Origin: Bacteroidota bacterium
GTDB taxonomy: Bacteria > Bacteroidota > Bacteroidia > NS11-12g > UBA955
Assembly (NCBI GenBank): GCA_046047755.1
Contig: JBJOHK010000073.1
Coordinates: forward strand, 1 to 50,100
Reading direction: 5' to 3'
DNA: 50,100 nt
Shown here in pieces: positions 1 to 7,951 of the stretch. A program made the translations under genes and the position numbers. Numbering within the stretch: position 1 is the stretch's first letter; each line of letters opens with the position of its first letter. The notes under the pieces were generated by a model that did not search any database, had not been told where the DNA came from, and saw only the letters and a list, made by a program, of their open reading frames with translations.

Positions 1-1062
1 CGGAATAAGCAGGTTCAAGGATTGTTGGTATTGAATGACCAAGACTTGAGTCAGGTAGATTCGGCTGAACTCTGGACGCAAGGTGGCCTTTCGCTGCTTC
101 AAGAGAAAATACTCCGGCAGCAATTGGAAGAATCGGTTTACCGCTATCAACTAGGGCTAATAGGGCTTTCATCGGCCGAAATCAACTCCATGCGCAGCCC
201 GGTAAAACTGCAAAGCAAGAACATCAGTGAGTCGATTACAGAAGCTTCAGAAGCCATAGAAAGCGGCACTGAACTCAAAAGTGTGGTAGGCTTTGTTATG
301 GCCTTTTTGATTTACCTATTCATTTTTCTCTATGGCAGTATGGTCATGAGGGGCGCTCTGGAAGAAAAAACCAACCGCATCGTAGAAGTCATCATCAGTT
401 CGGTCAAACCCTTTGAACTCATGATGGGCAAAATACTGGGTGTGGCTGCCGTAGGGCTCACCCAATTCGTCGCCTGGGTACTTATGGGCTTTGGCATTAT
501 CACAGCCATCAGTCGATTCTTTGGAGATGCCCTATCCAAGGGTGCGGCAGCCGCGTCTGAGCTAAATGGATCCAAGGTCGCAAGTTCTGATGCCCTTTCA
601 ACTGGGCTTGATCTTTGGGGTCAGCTTGATGCCCTTCCCATGGGCAAGATGGCCCTTGTGTTTTTGATTTTCTTTCTCGGCGGATACCTCCTATACTCCT
701 CCCTATTCGCCGCTATTGGCGCTGCCGCGAGTCAAGACACCGATGTTCAATCGTTCATGTTACCCGTTTCTCTCCCATTAATTTTCGGATTGATCATTGC
801 CCAGAACAGCGTCTTTCAATCTCCCAACGGCAGTATGGCCAGCTGGTTCTCCATGTTCCCTTTGACTAGCCCCATTGTCATGGTGGTACGATCACCCTTC
901 GGAGTATCTTGGGCAGAGATAGCCTTATCAGCAACATTGCTGTACGCCAGTTTTATTGGTATCGTTTGGTTAGCCGGTCGTATCTACCGCATAGGATTAC
1001 TCAAATACGGGAAAAAGCCTACTTGGAAGGACCTATTTACATGGGTTCGACAGAACCACTAA
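1..1062 (+). CDS. ABC-2/NatB-type transporter permease, 5'-partial
   Basis: Frame 1 is open from nt 1, upstream of the track's TTG at 22, so the gene continues upstream of the window. The product is a polytopic membrane protein with several hydrophobic spans, typical of ABC-2 exporter permeases. Its TAA stop (1060-1062) overlaps the parC stop. Confidence 0.6.
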   Translation, partial: RNKQVQGLLVLNDQDLSQVDSAELWTQGGLSLLQEKILRQQLEESVYRYQLGLIGLSSAEINSMRSPVKLQSKNISESITEASEAIESGTELKSVVGFVMAFLIYLFIFLYGSMVMRGALEEKTNRIVEVIISSVKPFELMMGKILGVAAVGLTQFVAWVLMGFGIITAISRFFGDALSKGAAAASELNGSKVASSDALSTGLDLWGQLDALPMGKMALVFLIFFLGGYLLYSSLFAAIGAAASQDTDVQSFMLPVSLPLIFGLIIAQNSVFQSPNGSMASWFSMFPLTSPIVMVVRSPFGVSWAEIALSATLLYASFIGIVWLAGRIYRIGLLKYGKKPTWKDLFTWVRQNH

Positions 1063-3821
1063 AAGAGATTGAATTGGCCTTTATCGTCGTTTCCAGTGGC
1101 TGACTTGGGTTCTGAGGGATGGCTCGAAGCCGCTGAAGCTTTGGGAGTTACGGGTGAATCCGGTTTTTCAGGCGCCTTTTGGCTAGGCAACTCTGACTTT
1201 GAATCTTTTTCTTCTAGACTTTCGGGCTCAGGCTCATCATCCTCCTGGATGGCCTCGCTTGAAGCAGCGTGCAAGGATTCCCAGGCACCAACGCGGTCGC
1301 TTTTCAACACTACCTTTTTTACCTTGTCTTGGCTGAGTCGGTTGCCCTGCGTACGCCAACCCTTGACATCCATAAACTCCACCAAATCAAGGGTTTCTTT
1401 TTTGACTTCGCCTTTTTTCAATTCCGTACTCAATTCAACCAATGCCGGCTGAGCTGTGCTGAGCACCATCAATTTGGACCCTTTGTCTTCTGATATAAAG
1501 CCAAAGCGCTTACCCAAGGTACTGGTTTCTATGAGGAAACGCTTCACGTACTCCCGTTTGGAACCCCCATCCAAGTAAATGCATTGTATGGGCTGATCGC
1601 TGGCATAGCGCTGAATGGAATACACTTCATTGGGATCGAAGCGATTGGTCAACTCATAATTGTTGAGTTCATAACTGCCTTCGTTGTAGAAGACAATTAC
1701 GCGATCATCGTCTTGAAACTCTCCCAAAAACTGACCCTTTTCATCCCCATTCAAACGACCGGTAATCTCGTCCCACCAGACCTTAACGCCACCCAAAGTA
1801 GACCCCCCTTTTTCCTTAAGGTCTACCCGCTTGATTTTGTATTTGGTCAGTTGATTTCCAGCTGCTCCTCGGCCTTTAATCGCCAGTTTGGAGAAATCGT
1901 ATTCAAAGCTCTTTACACGAGCACCCGCCATAGCCGACAAATGCACGGTGACGGTTTCTGCCTCCCCATTGGAATTCGCCGAGAAGTACAATACCTGGCT
2001 CTGAGCATGGCCATTGGTCATATCGTACTCCCGCTCTCGAACCAAGCCGGTTGCATTGAAGCGTTTCACCATTGCCTTCTTTGCCGCGCCATCCCAGTAA
2101 ACGACGTTGTAAGTCGTGCGTTCATCTCCTTTGCGCCAAACATCTACATGAATGATGTCTTTTCCGAAAAAATACTTGTCTTGCACTTTGGCAATCGAAT
2201 ATTTTCCATCCTTCCTAAAGGCGATGATGTCGTCAATATCTGAACACTCCCCAATGTAGGTTTCCTTCTTCAAACTGGTTCCAGCAAAGCCCTCTTCGAA
2301 ATTGGCATAGAGCTTCTGGTTAGCGACCGCCACTATGTTCGCTTCAATGGTATCAAACACACGTATGTCGGTTTTGCGTTCGCGCCCTTTTCCATACTTT
2401 TTGAGGAGTTTTTCAAAATAGGCGATGGCATAATCGGTTAAGTTCTCTAGGTGGTGTTTGACATGGGCAATATCATCTTCCAGACCCTGGATATACTCTT
2501 CGGCTTTGAAGGAATCAAATTTTGAAATTCGCTTAATCTTGATCTCCGTCAAACGAACTATATCATCTTCGGTCACTTCTCTACGCAAGCGACTTTTATG
2601 GGGCTCCAAGCCCTCATCGATGGCCACTAAAACAGCTTCCCATGTCTCACATTCTTCAATATCGCGGTAGATTCGATTCTCGATAAAAATGCGCTCCAGT
2701 GAAGAAAAGTGCCACTTATTTTCCAGCTCCCCCAACTCGATTTCCAACTCTCTCTTGAGCAGATGAACCGTGTTATGGGTGTTTTCCTTGAGAATCTCAC
2801 TTACTCCGATGAACTGCGGCCTATCATCGACAATGACGCAGGCCAAGGGAGACAGGCTTATTTCGCAATCGGTAAAGGCATACAAGGCATCTATCCCCAA
2901 ATCTGAGTTCAGACCGGGACCCAGTTGAACTTCAATTTCAACGTCTTTAGCTGTGTTATCAACCACCTTTTTGACCTTGATCTTCCCGTTATCACTGGCC
3001 TTGATGATGCTCTCAATCAAAGAACCCGTGGTGGTGCCAAACGGAATTTCCCGAATCACTAAGGTCGACTTATCCAAGGCCTCAATGCGAGCCCTCACGC
3101 GAATTCGACTGCCTTTTCTACCGTCGTTGTATTGGCTGAAATCGGCTAATCCGCCGGTGGGGAAATCGGGAATGAGTTCGAATTTTTTGCCTTGCAAAAA
3201 GCGAATGCTAGCCTCGCACAGCTCCAAGAAATTGTGAGGCATTATCTTGGTGCTCAAACCAACGGCAATACCCTCTACACCTTGCGCCAACAGAAGGGGA
3301 AACTTCATGGGCAAATGAACGGGCTCCTTTTTACGACCATCATAACTGAGCTTCCATTCCGTTGTTTTCTCATTGAAAGCAACCTCTTTGGCAAAGGCAC
3401 TCAAGCGTGCCTCAATGTATCGAGGAGCCGCCGCTGAGTCACCGGTTCTTGTATCGCCCCAGTTTCCTTGGGTTTCAATCAACAGGTCTTTTTGGCCCAT
3501 ATTGACCAAAGCATCTCCGATAGCCGCGTCTCCATGGGGGTGGTAAGCCATAGTGGCACCAATGATGTTGGCAACCTTGTTGAAACGGCCATCATCGAGC
3601 GTGTACATGGCATGGAGAATGCGTCGCTGAACAGGCTTCAAGCCATCATCAGCCGCGGGAATGGCCCGTTCCAATATCACATAGGAAGCATAATCAATGA
3701 ACCAATCTCGGTACAGTCCTGAAACAGGGCGCACCTTCCCAGAACTCACCTCTTCCATCTCAGATGAAGGCTCGTCGGGCATCAATTCTTCATTGTCCAA
3801 ATCTTCAGAGTGTTCGCTCAT
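1059..3821 (-). CDS. parC: DNA topoisomerase IV subunit A (GyrA/ParC family)
   Basis: GyrA/ParC signatures are present: DGLKPVQRRILHAM, AYHPHGD, and the catalytic-Tyr region AAAPRYIEARL. The N-terminus (DWFIDYASYVILERAIP) is Bacteroidota ParC-like. The start is uncertain: ATG 3821 or 3833, versus the track's GTG 3878. Both termini carry acidic low-complexity extensions. Confidence 0.85.
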   Translation of the reverse strand: MSEHSEDLDNEELMPDEPSSEMEEVSSGKVRPVSGLYRDWFIDYASYVILERAIPAADDGLKPVQRRILHAMYTLDDGRFNKVANIIGATMAYHPHGDAAIGDALVNMGQKDLLIETQGNWGDTRTGDSAAAPRYIEARLSAFAKEVAFNEKTTEWKLSYDGRKKEPVHLPMKFPLLLAQGVEGIAVGLSTKIMPHNFLELCEASIRFLQGKKFELIPDFPTGGLADFSQYNDGRKGSRIRVRARIEALDKSTLVIREIPFGTTTGSLIESIIKASDNGKIKVKKVVDNTAKDVEIEVQLGPGLNSDLGIDALYAFTDCEISLSPLACVIVDDRPQFIGVSEILKENTHNTVHLLKRELEIELGELENKWHFSSLERIFIENRIYRDIEECETWEAVLVAIDEGLEPHKSRLRREVTEDDIVRLTEIKIKRISKFDSFKAEEYIQGLEDDIAHVKHHLENLTDYAIAYFEKLLKKYGKGRERKTDIRVFDTIEANIVAVANQKLYANFEEGFAGTSLKKETYIGECSDIDDIIAFRKDGKYSIAKVQDKYFFGKDIIHVDVWRKGDERTTYNVVYWDGAAKKAMVKRFNATGLVREREYDMTNGHAQSQVLYFSANSNGEAETVTVHLSAMAGARVKSFEYDFSKLAIKGRGAAGNQLTKYKIKRVDLKEKGGSTLGGVKVWWDEITGRLNGDEKGQFLGEFQDDDRVIVFYNEGSYELNNYELTNRFDPNEVYSIQRYASDQPIQCIYLDGGSKREYVKRFLIETSTLGKRFGFISEDKGSKLMVLSTAQPALVELSTELKKGEVKKETLDLVEFMDVKGWRTQGNRLSQDKVKKVVLKSDRVGAWESLHAASSEAIQEDDEPEPESLEEKDSKSELPSQKAPEKPDSPVTPKASAASSHPSEPKSATGNDDKGQFNLF

Positions 3822-3940
3822 GTCAGCAAACATCAAAGAACGCCTAGAATTCCAATAAATACCCCACAGTTTATACACAGAAACACGATGAATTCAACCA
3901 GAAGTCGGCCCAATTGACTGACATTCTGTCACCCTTTGCT

Positions 3941-3948
3941 TATCTTTG
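3941..3948 (+). promoter_or_regulatory. -7 promoter box TATCTTTG
   Basis: Exact TAnnTTTG match, 34 nt upstream of ATG 3983. Confidence 0.5.
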
Positions 3949-3982
3949 CACCCACCCCCAGCCGGGGCTTAAACCTCAGGGA

Positions 3983-5227
3983 ATGGACATACAAAGCGTC
4001 AAACAACGATTCGGCATCATTGGCAATTCTCCGCTATTGAATACAGCCCTGGAGACCGCCATAAAAGTAGCTCCCACCGACATGAACGTGTTGATTCAAG
4101 GGGAAAGCGGCGTCGGCAAGGAGAGCTTTAGCAAAATCATTCACCATCTATCGGCGCGAAAACACGCCCCATTCATAGCGGTCAACTGCGGTGCCATACC
4201 CGAAGGAACCATTGATAGTGAATTGTTTGGGCACGAAAAGGGCTCTTTTACTGGTGCTACCGAGAAGAGAAAAGGCTATTTCGAAGCCGTGAGCGGAGGA
4301 ACCATTTTCCTCGATGAGGTAGGCGAATTGCCATTGGGAACACAAGCTCGACTTCTTCGCGTTCTGGAAAACGGAGAGTTCATCAAAGTGGGTTCCAGCA
4401 CGGTTCAAAAAACCGACGTGCGTGTGGTAGCCGCTACCAACCGCAACCTCTTAGACAGAGCCCAAGACGGCAAATTCCGAGAAGACTTATATTACCGATT
4501 AGCTACGGTTCCCATTCGGGTTCCTAAACTAGCCGACCGCAGCGATGATATTCAATTGCTGTTCAGAAAGTTCAGCAGCGATTTCGCCGAACGCCACCAT
4601 AGCCACCTGCTAAGCCTTACACCCGAAGCGCAACAAGAATTAGGGCAATATCCGTGGCCGGGCAATATTCGACAGCTCAAAAACATCACCGAACAAATCT
4701 GTGTTTTGGAAAGCCAAACCCAGATTACCGCTGACACCTTGAAGCGATACCTTCCAGCCCAAGCACCTTCCTTGCCAAGCCTATTGAGCAAGCAAGACAG
4801 TTCCACAGAAGGCATGAGCGAGCGGGATATTTTCTACAAGGTATTGCTTGACCTGAAGCGAGATGTCACGGAATTGAAAAAAGTCGTATTCGGGCTGTTG
4901 GAAAACGAATCCAGCCCAAGACAGGCCTCTACCTACAACAACCCGACCCACTTCCCTTCAGTCACCTCCAATGTAGGCGATCAAGAAGCTACTGAAAACC
5001 AACCTATTGTCATCTCCTCACACCCTGACGATCACACCGAAGACGCCGAGTGGATTGAAAGTGATGGCTTAAACCTTGACTCGAGCCTCAGCTTGGAAGC
5101 ACAAGAAATCGAGATGATTCGCAAGGCCTTGATTCTTCATCATGGCAAGCGCAAAAAGGCCGCCGAAGACTTGGGCATTTCCGAACGCACGTTGTACCGC
5201 AAAATCAAGCAATATGAATTGGATTAA
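3983..5227 (+). CDS. Sigma-54-dependent transcriptional activator (AAA+ plus Fis-type HTH, no sensor domain)
   Basis: Walker A GESGVGKE, GAFTGA-loop variant GSFTGA, Walker B FLDEVGEL, and a C-terminal HTH (ISERTLYRKIKQY). The AAA+ core begins about 10 residues after ATG 3983. The track's TTG 3914 lies upstream of the -7 box. Confidence 0.85.
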   Translation: MDIQSVKQRFGIIGNSPLLNTALETAIKVAPTDMNVLIQGESGVGKESFSKIIHHLSARKHAPFIAVNCGAIPEGTIDSELFGHEKGSFTGATEKRKGYFEAVSGGTIFLDEVGELPLGTQARLLRVLENGEFIKVGSSTVQKTDVRVVAATNRNLLDRAQDGKFREDLYYRLATVPIRVPKLADRSDDIQLLFRKFSSDFAERHHSHLLSLTPEAQQELGQYPWPGNIRQLKNITEQICVLESQTQITADTLKRYLPAQAPSLPSLLSKQDSSTEGMSERDIFYKVLLDLKRDVTELKKVVFGLLENESSPRQASTYNNPTHFPSVTSNVGDQEATENQPIVISSHPDDHTEDAEWIESDGLNLDSSLSLEAQEIEMIRKALILHHGKRKKAAEDLGISERTLYRKIKQYELD

Positions 5228-5726
5228 GCTCGGAGTTTTTACGGCATTGAGCCTAGGGTTTACGGCTTGTGGTTTTTTCAAACATTACGATTTTAGAGGA
5301 GCGAATATTCCTGAAGATGTTCAAACTTTCTCGGTTTCTTATTTCAGCAACGAAGCCGATTTTGTCAACCCCTCGTTGAGCATGGATTTCACGGAAAAGA
5401 TGAAGACCAAATTCCAAACGGAAACACGATTGGGCTTGAGCTCTGAACAAGGCGATTACCAATTTGCTGGTAGCATCACTCGCTATTCCATTACCCCTGC
5501 TACCCTGAACAACAACACAGGTACCGCTCAAAACCAATTTTCCATCTCCGTAAAATTGGAATTCGCTTGCCCCAAGCATCCTGAAAAGAACCTTACTCGA
5601 GAATTCAGCTTTTTCAAGATATTTGACGCTAGCCAAAACTTCCAGAGTATTGAATCAGCTTTAACTGAAGAGATAACCGATAATTTGGTCCAACAAATAT
5701 TCGCAACTGTAGCTTTAGACTGGTGA
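5214..5726 (+). CDS. LptE-like outer-membrane lipoprotein
   Basis: ATG 5214 gives MNWIKLGVFTALSLGFTACG, a signal peptide plus lipobox. It overlaps the upstream stop (5227). The size (~170 aa) and the position between the sigma-54 activator and secG match the conserved Bacteroidota arrangement. The track's start at 5142 is an in-frame over-extension. Confidence 0.6.
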   Translation: MNWIKLGVFTALSLGFTACGFFKHYDFRGANIPEDVQTFSVSYFSNEADFVNPSLSMDFTEKMKTKFQTETRLGLSSEQGDYQFAGSITRYSITPATLNNNTGTAQNQFSISVKLEFACPKHPEKNLTREFSFFKIFDASQNFQSIESALTEEITDNLVQQIFATVALDW

Positions 5727-6796
5727 ACGCATCCCGCCTTCAACATATCATCCAACATCCGGAATCCATAGACGCACAAACGGCTTTGGACTTGCAAGCC
5801 ATTGCCAGTGATTTACCATGGTTTTCGACGCCCAGAACCCTACTGGCGCGTTATTACAAATCAAAAAACGACTACAGAGAGACGGACAGTTTGCACCATG
5901 CTGCCTTGCGCGTTCAAGATCGCCGCTGGCTATTTCACTACCTGAACGAAATCCCAGCGGTGACAAAGGCGAGTGCTCCTGCCGAAGTTCAAGCAGCCAC
6001 TCGAGAACCGGCGCCACCCACCACGCAACCAGCAGCCAAAGAAGAAAAAAAGGCCCAAGCTAGCAGCAGCAAGCCCCATTTTGAACCGGTAGCATCCAAC
6101 CAGGATGTAAATGCGGAAATTCCCAACGACTCACCCCTATTCCTAAGCGAAGATAATGAGGCAAGAATAGAAGCTGCCGTTCACTCCGCATTCTCCTTCG
6201 CTCCTGCCGAACCGGAGCACCCAAATCGCCTTGATAAACAAAGCATCACCTACGACCTAGAAGATCAGTTCGAAAGCGAAAGACCTGAACCTCAAGACTT
6301 TTTTGCTTGGCTCAAGCAAGCTCAAGCCGGAGAGACGGAATCAAAAGAGGAAACTGAAACCCCAATAGCGCCAGCTATTGCAAAAGAAGAAGATCCTGAA
6401 ATCGAAGAAACCAATAGCCAAGACCTAGGCCCATTTGAAGTTCCCGACTACAACCTTGATCATCTTAACCTAAGGGAAGATACCAAACCTGAAGAGCCAA
6501 AATTCTTGGATTTAGCCGCTCGACAAGCGCTCATTGACAAATTCATTTCAACCAACCCAAGCATTAGCCGCCCAAAGAAGGAATTTTACAATCCTGAGGT
6601 AGCCATGAAGCGCGCCGAAGAATTCGATGCTTCGATATGTTCGGAAACGCTCGCAGGCTTGTTTCGCAAGCAACAAGCTTGGGACAAGGCCTTGGCCTGT
6701 TACAGCAGACTACAGTTGAAATTTCCCGAAAAAAGCGCGTACTTTGCAGCCCTTATAACTGAAGTCGAAAACGAAAAACGAAATCACGAATCATGA
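5723..6796 (+). CDS. Hypothetical protein with an acidic Pro/Glu/Ala-rich low-complexity centre
   Basis: 357-aa ORF. Its GTG start overlaps the lptE-like stop (GTGA) and its stop overlaps the secG ATG (ATGA). There are short conserved-looking N- and C-terminal segments, the C-terminal one possibly TPR-like. Confidence 0.55.
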   Translation: MNASRLQHIIQHPESIDAQTALDLQAIASDLPWFSTPRTLLARYYKSKNDYRETDSLHHAALRVQDRRWLFHYLNEIPAVTKASAPAEVQAATREPAPPTTQPAAKEEKKAQASSSKPHFEPVASNQDVNAEIPNDSPLFLSEDNEARIEAAVHSAFSFAPAEPEHPNRLDKQSITYDLEDQFESERPEPQDFFAWLKQAQAGETESKEETETPIAPAIAKEEDPEIEETNSQDLGPFEVPDYNLDHLNLREDTKPEEPKFLDLAARQALIDKFISTNPSISRPKKEFYNPEVAMKRAEEFDASICSETLAGLFRKQQAWDKALACYSRLQLKFPEKSAYFAALITEVENEKRNHES

Positions 6797-7080
6797 CCTG
6801 GATACTTATACTCGGAATCATTGTCTCCATCTTGTTGATGCTCATCATCTTGGTTCAAAACCCTAAAGGTGGCGGATTGGCTTCCAATTTTGCCTCAGGA
6901 AACCAGGTTTTTGGCGTAGAAAAAACCACTGATGTTGTTGAGAAAATCACATGGATTGGCGCCATTTTGATTGTTGTCATTTCTCTGGCTGCTGCTTCCT
7001 ACAACGGCACCAAGAACGCACGCAACAACGGCAACCAGCCCGCTCAACAAGAGCAAAGCGATCTTCCAAACTTGGATTAA
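6793..7080 (+). CDS. secG: Preprotein translocase subunit SecG
   Basis: 95 aa with two TM segments and the SecG signature LVQNPKGGGL between them. Confidence 0.85.
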   Translation: MTWILILGIIVSILLMLIILVQNPKGGGLASNFASGNQVFGVEKTTDVVEKITWIGAILIVVISLAAASYNGTKNARNNGNQPAQQEQSDLPNLD

Positions 7081-7098
7081 TCCAAACAGACCTTGAAC

Positions 7099-7129
7099 AA
7101 AAAAGCCCCGATGAATCGGGGCTTTTTTT
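7099..7129. terminator. Bidirectional intrinsic terminator (secG / SDR junction)
   Basis: A6 tract, 7-bp GC stem AGCCCCG/CGGGGCT (7104-7110 / 7117-7123), loop ATGAAT, then a T-run. It lies between convergent genes. Confidence 0.8.
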
Positions 7130-7811
7130 ATGCCTTTAAACGGCTCATTCCCCCGTCTATGGCCCAAACTTGACCGCTTATCCAAGAAGATTCCTGACTC
7201 AATAGAAAGCAAGCTGCCGAAGCTATGTCTTGAGGTTCTCCAATGCGACCTAAGGCATGTCGCGAAGCACTTTGGGCTTCTTTTTCCGGAGTATTCACCA
7301 AGCGCTCAGACAAGGGTGTACGCACCAACGAAGGTGCAATGGCATTGACCCGAATCGCTGGCGCCCATTCAGCCGCTAAGCTCCTTACAAGACCTTCTAC
7401 GGCTCCTTTGGCAGCGGCCACAGAAGCGTGAAACGGCATGCCTTGCCCGACTGCTACGGTTGAAAACATAAGCACAGAAGCCTGCCCTGCAGCCTTTAAT
7501 GCCGCCGTGCATTGCTGCAAAGCATGAACAGCCCCTAACACTGAAACTTGAAAATCGCGTTGAAAATCTTGCTGTTTCAACCCCCTAAACGGTTTCAAAT
7601 TGATGGAACCCGGCGCATAAACCAAGCCATGCAATACATCAGGCAGTCCTTCAATCGCAGTATCCGATTCTGCGTCAAAAGGCAACCACTGTGCACCCGC
7701 TACATCGACCGATGTTCGGCTCAATACCCAAACGGAGTGGCCCTTTTGAATCAATTGTTCGGCCACCGCCAATCCAATACCCTTGGTACCACCAAATACA
7801 GCGTAATTCAT
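7128..7811 (-). CDS. Short-chain dehydrogenase/reductase (SDR) family oxidoreductase
   Basis: ATG 7811 gives MNYAVFGGTKGIGLAVAEQL, a TGxxxGxG-type Rossmann motif. A classical-SDR-like central and C-terminal region follows. The track's start at 7895 would run through the upstream terminator hairpin. Confidence 0.8.
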   Translation of the reverse strand: MNYAVFGGTKGIGLAVAEQLIQKGHSVWVLSRTSVDVAGAQWLPFDAESDTAIEGLPDVLHGLVYAPGSINLKPFRGLKQQDFQRDFQVSVLGAVHALQQCTAALKAAGQASVLMFSTVAVGQGMPFHASVAAAKGAVEGLVRSLAAEWAPAIRVNAIAPSLVRTPLSERLVNTPEKEAQSASRHALGRIGEPQDIASAACFLLSQESSWISGQVWAIDGGMSRLKA

Positions 7812-7825
7812 TCTTTTATAACAGA

Positions 7826-7846
7826 CCAAACCCACTGAGGGTTTGG
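7826..7846 (-). other. Perfect 8-bp hairpin upstream of the SDR start
   Basis: CCAAACCC-ACTGA-GGGTTTGG, 15 nt from ATG 7811 and downstream of the hutU terminator. Confidence 0.4.
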
Positions 7847-7857
7847 ACGCAAAGCAT

Positions 7858-7885
7858 AAAAAAGCCCCGATGAATCGGGGCTTCC
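7858..7885. terminator. Intrinsic terminator after hutU; identical copy of the 7099-7124 element
   Basis: AAAAAAGCCCCGATGAATCGGGGCTT (7858-7883) is identical over 26 nt, in the same orientation, to 7099-7124. Confidence 0.7.
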
Positions 7886-7951
7886 TTTCTTTCAAATCAG
7901 GATCTTTGGTTCAAGCCTTGGCGTGCAGCTAAATAAAGCCGCAAACAAAGA

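Noticed and set aside
3822-3982. Search for sigma-54 (-24 TGGCAC / -12 TTGC) promoters here and in the other intergenic regions (7812-7951, 33335-33422, 46319-46453).
   Set aside because: Only poor matches with wrong GG-GC spacing were found, for example GGCAATGAAAAGC upstream of the adhesin with a 9-nt rather than 10-nt spacer. No claim is made.
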